This document shows, piece after piece, positions 24,628 to 35,700 of a DNA stretch of 64,000 bases. Origin of the DNA: Vicugna vicugna. Lineage: Eukaryota. The stretch is taken from assembly GCA_013265495.1 (NCBI GenBank), contig MU057560.1, positions 3,160,909 to 3,224,908 of the forward strand, read 5' to 3'. Below the pieces are notes generated by a model that was not told where the DNA came from, did not search any database, and worked only from the letters and a program-made list of their open reading frames with translations. The first letter of the stretch is position 1, and each line of letters starts with the position of its first letter. Both the position numbers and the translations under genes were made by a program.

Positions 24628-24834
24628 CCAGGCCCTCTGCACCTCCAGGAAGGCGGCCCTCTGGAAGGACCTCTCCCACGCGGCCAGCTCGCTCCCCAGC
24701 CCCACGCTGAACACGTGGCTTGCGCCGTGGCCACCGAGGATGCTGAAGCAGTAGGGCCCGTGGTCCTGGCCATCAGGGCCCCCAAGGCCCAGGGAGAGGG
24801 CAGCCGGTGCCCAGCTGTCGTCCGGAAGCCAGAG
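24628..24834 (-). CDS. SNTG2: SNTG2 exon 14 equivalent (207 nt, intact frame): LWLPDDSW...PYCFSILGGHGASHVFSVGLGSELAAWERSFQRAAFLEVQRAW
   Basis: Acceptor cacctgtttcag|CTC, donor TGG|gtaagt; 69 codons, same as human; lies within track ORF 24571..24906. Confidence 0.93.
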
Positions 24835-25447
24835 CTGAAACAGGTGGGGAGACGTGGTGGGGGAACCCGAGGGAGCGGGGAGGGCCCCGGGCCAAGGTGA
24901 CCACATCCAGTCGCCTCCTAACTCAGGAGTGCAGTACCCTCGGACACGGCTGCTGTGGACACGGCCCCATAAAGAAATACTTGTAAGTCAGTTACGTCAC
25001 AGGGTACGGTGAGGCGGCAGGACTCCGCTCCGCCCGGAGGGGCCCCCGCGGAGTGACTGGCCCCCTTGCCGCACGCTCAGGAGGCCGTGTGGGACACTCG
25101 GCTCCCAGACTTGGGGATGCGAACCCAGAGGGCCTGACCACACGGGAGACAAGTTTCAGCAACAGCATCAAAGCAAAGGTTAAAACAGCAGAAAGCAGCT
25201 GTTGCTTCTGGTTAAAAATTGAAGCAGAAACCGTGGACCGGCCAGTGTGTCTGTGACCACAGGCGCCCTGAACGGGGTCCTGGCTGCTCTGACCTCTCAG
25301 GGTCTCCACCCTCTTCTCCCTGAGCTGAGCGCACCCCCACCCAGGGAGGAGCCCGACGTCAGAGCTTCTGGGCCCGGGGAGCCGCCGCCGGGGCCGCGGA
25401 TGAGTCAGCGTCTCAGCCGGGGCCGTGCCTGCGCCCACCCCTTGGCG

Positions 25448-25507
25448 TCTCTCCCTCTGTCTCTCTGTCTCTGTCTCTGTTTCTCTCTGTCTCTGTCTCT
25501 CTCTCCC
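25448..25507. repeat. Compound (TC)/(TCTG) microsatellite
   Basis: tctctccctctgtctctctgtctctgtctctgtttctctctgtctctgtctctctctcc. Confidence 0.9.
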
Positions 25508-28144
25508 CTCGAGGTTCATGGCCATCCTCCATCTCCTGCTCACCCTCTCTCTGTGCAGACCCACACGAAGAGCCCCCACAGCCTCTAGGGCAGGAGGAGG
25601 GGGCTGGATGGCTGATGGACGTGACGTGACCACAGCCCTGCGTGGATCCGAGCTGCCCAGAGGCTGGGTCTTCACATCCTGATTCCGAGCTACCCGAATC
25701 CCCTGGACCATCCAGCCCAGCCCCCGCCACTCATATGGGGCTCGGAGTTCATTCCCCGAATCCGCATGAACTTCCTTGTTGGCCAAACGGTTCTATTTGA
25801 AAAATGCTTGTTTTCTGGGCTCCGGCTGGTACGTACAGTGACTGCTGCCGAGGGCAGGGGCCCGGGGGATCCCGGGGCTGAGGGACGGCTCTGTGGGACC
25901 CCACTCTCTCCATCTCCCCGCTCCGTCACCCAGGGAGTCCATCCTCGTGCGTCATGTAGAGACACTTGCTGCCCATGGGTGTGTGTGTGTGCGAGGTGTG
26001 GCGTCGTGTGTCCAGTGCTCTGTCCCCGACCTGGGACGAACCTGCACACAGGTGCACCTTGACCTGGGAGCCCCCGGGTCCTTGACCTCAGACTGCGATG
26101 CACAGAAACCACCGACTGACAGGACTGTGGGCCGTAAAGCGAGAAGAGAAAGGCGTGTCCCTGACCTGAGCTCCCAGACTCGACGGCACAAGGACTGAGC
26201 TTGCGGTGGCGGCTCCCTTGCAGGGAGGGGAGCCCGTCTGCAGGTGGCCCCGCCGTCTACTGGCTGGGGGTGGGGCTGCGCATCTCAGCAGAAGAGAAGC
26301 AGCTCTGAGAACCCTCCTCGCCAGTTACCAGCTGCCGCCCTGAGTGCTTTGCTTCCCTCTGAGCCTCCGTTTCGCACAAGACCAGGCGTCCGAGAAAGGT
26401 CGTCAAGGACAGCGCAGACAAGGTGTGCGGCCCACGGAGCCCGTCATGGAACCGCGCGTCCTGCTTACACGACGCGCGGTCATTAAGCAGAGCTGCGTCT
26501 CAGCGACCGCTCAGGTTTGATGTCCAGTATGCAGCTTACTGGTCCCCACAAAATCATCACCACACATGCCGGCACCCGCTCTCCAGCCAGCACCCGCTCA
26601 TAGGGCCTCGCCCCACCCCGGACCACGGAGCCGGAAACCATCTCGGCATCATCCAGGAAACAAAAGCAACGACTATTTCAGAAAATTATCTGCATTTTTC
26701 CTGCTTCTATTTGTGCCTGTGAAACAATTACTGCAGCAGCCCAGGGCACGTAACAGATAAATAATTCTGCTCTGTCCTCTAATGTGTTTTATATTCCCTT
26801 CCACGCAAGGTCTCTCTGTAAACGCAGCTCTATAAACGTGTGACAGGATTTTAACGGAGTTCTTCAAATACACGATCACCGTGGGTCTTCACTTCTCAGT
26901 GGGCTTTGATGGTCCTTCCAGCGCCACTAACTGAAGAGCATCGCTATGTCTCCACGCACACAGCCGCTGACTCTCGGGAGCGCCCTGTGTAGAGTCCGAG
27001 CTGACGAGTGAGCGCACTCGATCGGGCGCGGGGGCCAGGGGTCCTGCTGTGAATCGACACGCCTGGGCTCCACGCTCAAGAACAAACAGAGGACGTGAAA
27101 CGCGCCTTGGGACCTCCTGAGAAAGCCCATGAAGGGCGCCGAGGGCCTTCACAGAAGCTGCCGCGCTGTGGAACTCACACTGCTTAGCCTCATAAAAACA
27201 ACATGGAGTAAATGCCGCAGAAGTGAGAGCAAGGACCCACACAGCTCCCTCCCCAGACCCTGCAGCCCCAGTAACTCAGGAACACACTGTGACGATGACT
27301 CAGACACTGGGGACACCGGGGACAATCACCCCATCAAAGGTCCTGAGCTGCCGCAAAGACAGTGAGTGAGTGACACCCCCCCCTGCCCCCGCGGCCTCAC
27401 TGACGGTGCACAGGCCCTCCCGGCCCCGGGCCTGGCCGCTGTCCTGAGCACTTATGTTAGAAAGCTCATCCTCCTCAGCCCCATCGGGGCCCCTTTGACA
27501 CTTGGATCTGCCTCCCCGTTCACAGGCGGGCCTGGGAGCCGCCCTGCCCTCGGGGTGTGCATCCAGGGAACTGGGCATCTTCAGTCTCTGTGCCTGCGGG
27601 AGCCTCGCCTACTTGGGGCAGCTCCACCTTCCAAGACTTACCCCACCGTGAAGCTGCGAGAGAGGTTACTTTCCCCTTGGGTGGGGTCCACGCCCCCACC
27701 CCCAGCTGGTCGGGGCCCCGCCCTGGGCGCCAGAGGCACTGGGCTCGATCCCTGCCCGTTAGCCGCGGCCCGAGCGCCGTCGTTGTCCATCTAACTTGGG
27801 TGGTTCAATTTCTGCTGCGGCAGGACTTCGGAGAATCACTCAGGCACTCTCTCCCCCGAGCGCTAGTCAATCCCACAGCTCCGCTTGCTGTCTCTGAAGC
27901 TACACCCAGGGAGACGCCCGCACACCTGTGCTGACGGTGAACAGAACAGCCCTGAGATGAGCTTCCAGGACGCGGCCGGCCCGCCTCCCGCGAGGCTTCT
28001 GGAAGAGACCCCCCTCTGCGTGCTTGACTTCCCAGCTGATGGAGGTAATAAGGGTCAGCTCCCGGGGAGCAGGGTTAGCGCAGGGTGCAGACAGAGCAGG
28101 GAGCTCGGCCCCGGGAGCCCCAGTCCTCGAGGGGGAGATGTCAT

Positions 28145-28231
28145 GGGCGGGCGGGCACAGCTCAGGGATGGGGCACGTGCTTAGTGTGCACGAGGCCCTG
28201 GGCTCCATCCTGGTGCCGCCACTAAAATAAA
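28145..28231 (+). mobile_element. tRNA-Ala-derived SINE (camelid-type, GC-shifted copy)
   Basis: gggcgggcgggcacagctcaggg..gtgcttagtgtgcacgaggccctgggctccatcctgg..ctaaaataaa. Confidence 0.8.
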
Positions 28232-29334
28232 CAGAGAGGGACTATGATCAACACCCTTTGCCAAACGCCTGCGCAGCTTCACGACCCGGAGAGTTCCCGT
28301 GCTGGACGGACTGTGGCGCCGGCGCCTCACCGCCGGGTGGGGTGCTTATTGTTCACCCTGTGGAGGCTGAGAGGCCGTTTACAATTCAAGTCACGATCGC
28401 AATCAAGCCAGATGACGCAATTTTCTCATCTGTTTCGTGGTGACTGTGAAATACAGACACACGATGTTAAGACCTGGAAAAGGAATTTTTGGAGAGGAGA
28501 ACCTCCCCCGCAGCTGCCACGCTGGGTTTCTGGGCTAGATATTAATGGCTCTGCTTCGAAATGGTGATTATGAAAACAAATCATTAAAAAATGCTGTACT
28601 GACGTGCTGGGCCTTATGATAACCCCACATTTATTTCGGTTTTTGAAAAATGAATGAACTCTTACCAAGAACTTTAAATTCACGTGTGTGAAATAACCAA
28701 CATCGAGGGTTAAAGGACGTGAGAAAAGGGGAGATTCTGAAAGGTCACTGTCAGGGACACCCGGCAGGACACTCAGCCCACAGGACAGTCTCCTTTCTAA
28801 AAACGTCCAACTTTGTGACTTTATTGTGTTTATTGTTATCGGTCCTGTGCTGAGTTTAGGACGTTTGCTGCACCCATTCTCCTGGGCAAGTTCATGATCT
28901 CATAATTACTTCACTGCACGTGTGTTTATCAAATTCTTTTCAATCTTTGTGGGAAGATACGCTGGATAAACATAGGAGCGTGTCTCTATCTGTTAATAGA
29001 AGAGGCTCCACAGTGTATTTGTCGCACATAAGGTGCGACGGCCCTGTGGCGACACCCCAACCCCAGGCGCACGTCTCAGACGCAGGAAGAGCCACGGAAG
29101 CACGTGGGAACACCAGCCAGGAGGAAATCACGAGGAGCCTGCGTGACGAGACAGAGACAGATGGTCCCCCGGGTGCTCTTCGGTGGCACTTCGGCGAATG
29201 GCGGGAGGACGGACCTGGACTTTCAGCTTATGTTACTGCTTCAGCAGACGGCGCTGAACAACGTTCTCCTCACTCTTTAAGCCCAAAGGGACACCCTGTT
29301 AAGACGAAAGCGTCTAATGTGCCAGGACACTCAC

Positions 29335-29406
29335 CTGGTGAACTTTAAATAGCACCTCACAGAGGTCATAGGTTTTTGCCGCTCGGCCCCAGTCTAACAT
29401 GCTCAC
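29335..29406 (-). CDS. SNTG2: SNTG2 exon 13 equivalent (72 nt, intact): VSMLDWGRAAKTYDLCEVLFKVHQ
   Basis: Acceptor ctctgtcctcacag|GTG, donor CAG|gtgagt; 17/24 identical to recalled human exon. Confidence 0.93.
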
Positions 29407-29439
29407 CTGTGAGGACAGAGGGCAGACACATAAACCCCG

Positions 29440-29600
29440 TGGGTTCTCACCCAAAACAGGGACCGTGCGAGGGGGCGGGGGTGCCGACTAGCTGACTGTG
29501 GGAATCACGTGCTAATGTACGCGTGTATCAAATCACCACATTGTTCACGTTAAATACATGATGACTCGGTCAATTACACCTCAATACAACTGGGAAAAAG
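29440..29600 (+). mobile_element. Old L1M 3' end
   Basis: gtatcaaatcaccacattgttcacgttaaatac...gtcaattacacctcaatacaactgggaaaaa resembles the L1MA/MB 3' terminus. Confidence 0.65.
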
Positions 29601-30199
29601 TTTAAGCACGCCTGAAAGATGGATGCCGTTTGCAGTGTGAGAACTCAGACATTTACAGCAATGGCGCGACTCACGGAGTCTTTACCTTCATTAAATTCTA
29701 AACCCGGGGTAGGGCGCCTAGAAGACTGACCCAGGCACTGCGGCAGGCCTTCATGCGTAACCTGTGCGCCCTCATGCTGCAGGCGTGCGGACGACGTGTG
29801 CAGACACGTTTCTGACACAGGAACGTGGTCACGCAGGGACGTGCCCACTGTACACAGCGGGCGTAACTGTAGGAACTCACTCTGGATTCCTCTTACTTTC
29901 AATCAACGACTAATTTCAGGTCAGAGCTTTTGGGAGGGTGACGGGTTTGCAGGTGGAGGCTGCGCGTCTGCCGGGGCCCCTGCCGCCTCGCCCCTGCCGG
30001 CTCCTGTACCAGCGAAGGCCCCGCTCTCCGAGCTGCGGCCACACCCGCGGCTTGAGCTGCTCCTTCCGCTTTACTTTTCTTGCTGGTGGTCACGTTTCCT
30101 TCCCCCAGCGAAGGCCCCATCTCCATGCCCAGCTCTGCCAGGGTGGGAGACGCCATCCGGGGCGGGAGTCGGTCCTGCATCTCATCCTCTGGGCCCGGG

Positions 30200-30770
30200 G
30201 ACTGTTTCAAGTGCCACCCAGCACCGTCCACGTGCCTCACGGACCATGAGGCCGAACGGAAACGCTGGAGTTTGGAGCAGAGGAAGGGTTAGCGCAGAGC
30301 CAGGCAAGGGGAGGGGCGGCTCATTCCCAGGAATCCCTGAGCTCCCCAATGGTTCCGTGGAGTTTTTATAGGCAAAATTTGGGGTGAGGGCTGCAGGGGT
30401 GTGACTGTCTTCTGACTGGCTGGTGGGGAGGAACAGGGTGGGGCTGCAGGGCTCCTGTGCTTGGCCTGAAGCTGCCGTCCTCCACCTGGGGTGGGGGGCC
30501 TTAGTTCCTGTAGAAGAGCTCAGAGACACTGCTATGTCTGTTGCTGGAGGAGGAGCCAGGACCTGCACCGAGGCCGCACCCTTGCTCCTCAACCACTCCT
30601 CCTGTCTCTGCACCCCTCCCTTCCCTGATAACAGCTGTTGGAATCTGCCCGTTGGAACTCGGAAGGTCTGGGAGGCTCCTTCCTACGAACAAGAAACGGG
30701 GGATGTGGGAAGGATTCATATCTGGGAGGACCCCCGGGCGCTGGCTTGGCTTCCCCCACTCCTGTTTCAG
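30200..30770 (-). mobile_element. ERV1-class solo LTR, reverse orientation
   Basis: tttataggcaaaatttggggtgagggctgcagg...ccttagttcctgtagaagagctc...tctgcccgttggaactc matches a recalled laurasiatherian LTR. Confidence 0.7.
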
Positions 30771-32049
30771 TCTCCCCAGGTCTTTCAGAGGAGCGGGCGA
30801 TGACCACTCTGGCTGCTTCCTGCTGAGACGGGGCGGAGTCCGCCCTTGATCTGGGCAGCGGACGCTGAATGGGAAACGCTCCCGAGTTCTCGGATGCGAC
30901 CGTGTGATTAAGGTCTCGGTCCCGTCAGCTACCATCTTGGCGCAGCAGACCCAGTCAGGAGGAGAAGGCTTCGCAACCGGACTTTCATGATAAAATAGCC
31001 CTCGTTCCCCGAGGAGTTCAGGACAGGCCTGGGACCAGCGTGGACCCGGCCTTCAGGGAGGCGTGCGGCCAGGCAGCCGGCTGCCTGACTTCAGCTAGGA
31101 AGGTCGTGACTTCTGATGTGGCGTCTACCACACAGCGCAGTGTCTCCGGGCCCTTCTGCAGGAGCCAAGGCCCCCTCCAGGTGCATGCAGGTAACGTCAG
31201 GCTGAGCACAGGAGCCCCGTCGGAGGAAGGGCACACACTTGCAGGCCTCCCCCCCGATTTTGCCTGTAATAACTGCCTGGTGGTTTGCGGGGAGTTCGGG
31301 GCTTCTGAGCACAGGTCACCCCTTCTCCCTGCTTGACCCTGCGACAAATGCTTCTCGGCTCCAAACTGATGTTTCGGTTTGTTTGGCCTCACTGTGTGTC
31401 AGCCACGTGGACTTGCACTCAGTAATGGAACCGAGCAGGACCCTGCGGGCCTCCCCCAACCCCTCCACCAAGTACAGAATTCCCCCACATCCCCTGCATC
31501 TTGTCTGCAGGGAGCTGAAGTGTCCCGGGCCTCCCTGAGCCCCAGACGAGCAGGTCATGACTACGGAGCCACAGGCTCGTGTCTGAGGCACCTTCCTGTG
31601 TTGTTTCACAGGCACCGTAACTGCCAGCAGGACACCTGCACGGTGACTGGACTGCAGCCATGACGTCAGCTGCTCCGCCTTGAGCGGGACTGAGCCTGTG
31701 GTCAGCACAAGTCCAAGAACTGGCCTCGAGAGAGTGGGACTAACGCTCATAATAACCCACATCTCCGTGGGCGTCAGAACGTGTAGCTTGCTCTGCCTGG
31801 GGGTGTAAGCGGGCACCTACAACTGTCAGCAGGGAGAGGCTGCAGGCCCAGGCAGACGTCCTCCCCCTGGGAGCATGGCGCCCGGCGTCAGCAGCAGGAA
31901 GTCACGGAAGATGACCCCCGGCCCAATCCCGCAGAGACGGGATGGTGTCGGACAAGCGGGCGCTCGTAAGCAGCTTTCGGCGGGACGGAGCTCTCAGCAG
32001 GAGGCCCCTCTGCCTTGTCACCTCAGCTGCACTGTCGCCAACCTTGAGC

Positions 32050-32495
32050 CAGGCGTCCCGCCTCCATCGTCTCTGGCCCAGACGCACTTCAGGACTTCTG
32101 CTCACATGGCCCCTTGCCTAACCTGCTGGTCTGTCCACAGATCAGAGCAGCAGAGACGGAGAGGAGGCGGCTCACAGACGGCAGATCGCCTCCCCAGCCT
32201 CCCCCTCAGTCATCTCGCAAACAGACTGCATGAATGGGCAGCGTCCAGAAAAAGCACGAGGCGTCCGCGAGCCGGCACGTGGGGGTGTGGCCGCGAGCCC
32301 GACCCCCACCTCCACGGGTAACTGAGACCACGTCCCCTCTCCCCTTCAAAACCTCGGAGACGCGTTTGCGGACGTGAGTCCACCTTCTCCCAGGCTGCTG
32401 GCTTTTGTGATTCGAGCCGCCGTCCTTCCTACCAGCGCTTGCCTCCCGAGTACCGATTTCCGAGCGGCGAGCAGGCAGGCCTGAGTTTGGCAACA
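32050..32495 (+). mobile_element. ERV1-class solo LTR related to the 20290-20659 element
   Basis: 3' end gagcggcgagcaggcaggcctgagtttggcaaca; 5' boundary approximate. Confidence 0.6.
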
Positions 32496-32666
32496 GTACT
32501 ATGAATACTTTCTCCAAATGGTAGTTGATTTTTTTATCTGACCACATCTGACTTGAAATAAAGCAGAAATTTTAGACAAGGTGTAATAACTTGGCATATT
32601 TTAATATTGTGGAACGCTCACATAGCCCCAGGGGAAATATTCTAAGTTAGATACATGCTGGGTCTG

Positions 32667-32798
32667 TTTTTTTTAACATTTTATTTTATTTCTTGTTAGG
32701 GGGAGATTAGGTTATTCATTTACTGGAGGCACTGGGGATTGAACCTAGGACCTTGTGCACGCTAAGCACACGCTCCACCACCGAGCTACACCCTCCCC
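32667..32798 (-). mobile_element. tRNA-Ala-derived SINE (camelid-type, with tail)
   Basis: Reverse strand reads GGGGAGGGTGTAGCTCGGTGGTGGAGCGTGTGCTTAGCGTGCACAAGGTCCTAGGTTCAATCCCCAGTGCCTCCA plus an A-rich tail; best-preserved copy. Confidence 0.9.
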
Positions 32799-35700
32799 AA
32801 TACATAACGTCTAATATGTGTTCAGTCTACAGATCTTCACTTACAATATTTCTTTCCCAGTAAACACTTTTTGTGACAATAGAATACACTTGCCTAAGTG
32901 ACATCCTTAAAACTGCTTCTAATATTTCTTTCATATTCATAGGCAACTGCTAAATTTATAGCTATAAGATGCTGTAAAATTGATTCCATAAGTGTTATTT
33001 AACACATTTTAATGGTGTTTAGAAACATGAGTAGCTGAAACATTATTTCCCAGATTCCAGTTTGCAAATCAGAGATAACTGCTCACACCGAGGAGGGACA
33101 GCACAGCACCCTGGTTTAACGCAGCTTTCCCAGCGTCGCTCAGCGCACGGGGCAGACGGGGCCGCACCGCCGCCGCTGGCTGCTGCTCTTCAGGAGGCGC
33201 TCAGACCCTGCCCTCTCAGCCCCACGTTGCTCCCGTCCTGCCCCATCCCTCCCGCTTCTGTTTGCTCTTTCCTTCAGCACCATCCCTCTCCCTCATCGTG
33301 AGGAGCTCAGAAACTGTCCTGAAGACAGGACTTTCTCTGTAATTTCTCCTCAATTATTTGCCACCAAATCTCTGGGCCTTTTAAAAATTCATTTAAACAT
33401 TCTGACACGAAGTGCTAGAAACAGGCTGCGTGAATGTGGTCAGGGAAGACCGCCGCCCCTGGGACAGGGGTGAGTGCGTGCTGACCAAGATGGGGTCTGA
33501 GAGCAAATCACAGGGGCACTGGGAAACTCACGCCCTGGAGCCATTCGCTCTCATTCCAAAGAGAAACGGACCAGAGACCCTCCTCCTCTCCCAGGAGAGC
33601 TGTGTGTGTTGTCTGAGCTCAGACGGGCATGACAACCTTGAGACCCTCCCCAGTGACCCAGCCTCCACCTTCGCAGAGCACGCCAGCCTCACCCGCCCGC
33701 CTGCAGGGACAGCGGTGAGATGCCCTGTGAGTAATTAACAGGGCGCCTCAGATCCACAGCCTCACACTTCATGTCAACAAAACAAATAAGTAAATGTCAA
33801 TATTAAAAACTTAACATAAAGTTGCTTTTGATTTGGGCAAAGCAGAATTTGTTATTGGCAACTTGCCTCCAGCTCTGGGATATCAAATCCAAGGTCAGAC
33901 AAAAACACATGTAAATATTTAGGAGTAAATAAATTCACTCACCATATTTCATTATTGCTTTGACAATAAGGTAGCTGAATATTAAGAGTAAACTCACTTA
34001 TAAATGTGTAAATAAAGTCCCTCGTGTTCGGCGTGAGCCAGGCATATTTCAGCTGGCATTTATTGTCCCGCCATAAAATGGAGGAAAGTGCTGAACAGAT
34101 GGTGAGTGAGGGGCCTGGGACCCACAGCCAGGGACCCACAGCCAGGAAACGGAAGGATTCTGTGTGGAGCCCAAAGCTTCCAACCATTAACTTACAACTT
34201 TTCCATGGAGCCTCCCTGCCTCATATTTTGCAGAGTAAACATTTCCACTGCCTTATAACATCCTTCAGTCCCCATTTGAAAACATGCTTCTGTTAGTTCA
34301 GACAGTACATGAATGTGATTTAAAACCTTTGGTTTTAAACCAGCATAACGCCATGATGTAATGGCAACATTTGCTTTTTCTTTCTATTTAGAAAAATGAT
34401 CGTAGTTCTGGGTCTGCGTGTGAGGAGCTGAACATCACCCTCCCACATAACAAGCAGGTTGAAGCTGACGGATGGACGATTCAACAACTCCTTCTGGATC
34501 TGCAGGACAAGGGAGGATGCAGGGCAAACCACCGCCCACGCCCGGGGGCAGCAGACCAACACGGGGCATCTCCTGTTTCTGGAGCAGGGACTCCTGAGCA
34601 GAAACAAGGCAGGAACCAGCGCCGGGGCCAGAAACCCTGCCCTGTAATCAGGGAATTGCTGGAGGCTCAGAGTGGACAAGTCTGAGCTAAAAACTCCAGG
34701 GGGCCCAGTCACTGGGTGACCCGCGCAACACTGTGAGGTTCGCCTCCAGAAGCTCATCCAGGTTCTCATGGAAAACACTGGGGAAGAACCCCGAGTCTCC
34801 GGCAGGGGGAGGGTAAGGGGGTCACTCTGGACTCCCCAGAGCATCCTGTTCTCCCCAGGGGAACCCGTGAGCCGGAGCCTCACCTGCTGGGGTTTTCACA
34901 GCCTAACTGGCCTGGGGAGGGGAAGCTCTCAATTCCAGCCCCCTCCAGCCGTCCTGTTCCACCCTAAGCGGGGAGAAGAAACTGAGAAACACGTGTGACA
35001 TCCACCGTCCAGAAGCAGAGGCTTCACTAAGAGGCTGAGACCTGGTCTCAGGACCACAGGCAGCTTGTCCCCTGTCCCCCCCCCAGCACGGCACTGAGGG
35101 ACCATTTACAGCTGATATTCTAACCCGTGCCTCATGTCCAGGTGGTGAGAAAGATAAACGCAAAAAAAAACACCACATCTTGGCATATCATTTTCAATTA
35201 TGTAAAATTAAAGATTAAAAAAACCCCAACTGAAGCCAGAGTGGGGAAAGTCTTAACTACAGAGGAACAAGACAAGAATTACTGCAACGTCTCCTCACCA
35301 GAGGAGACAGACGACGGCCAATAATCACATGAAGCGTGCTCCGTGTCCTGCGTCGTCAGGGGAGGAAGATTAAGACAAGGCGCCACAGCCACACGGCTGT
35401 TCGAGTGGCTGAAGCCCCACCTGGCCGCACAGAAGGCTGGCGAGGCCGCGGCGCAGCGGGAACGCGCCCCGCTGCGGGGAAGGCGGGTGGCGCAGCCCCT
35501 CGGGAGGCAGTTGCTCACCAACCTAAGCACGCTCCCACCGTCCGATCCGGCGGTCCTGCTCCTTGGTGTCTGCCCACAGGAGCGGAAAGTGCACGTCCAC
35601 GCAGAGACCTGCACGTGGAGGTGCCTCCCACACGTGGCCTCACCCCGCCTTTTCCTTTCAACTGCAAAGCCCGGGAAGACGCCGCGTCGTCTGCTTCCTG

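Noticed and set aside
24992-25786. 264-aa minus-strand ORF with an ERQRQRETETE stretch
   Set aside because: The charged repeat is the translated microsatellite; no homology elsewhere.
32720-32798. Possible tRNA-Ala(AGC) gene
   Set aside because: Has the extra GGGGAGG head, mismatched stems and an A-rich tail shared by five copies; it is a SINE.
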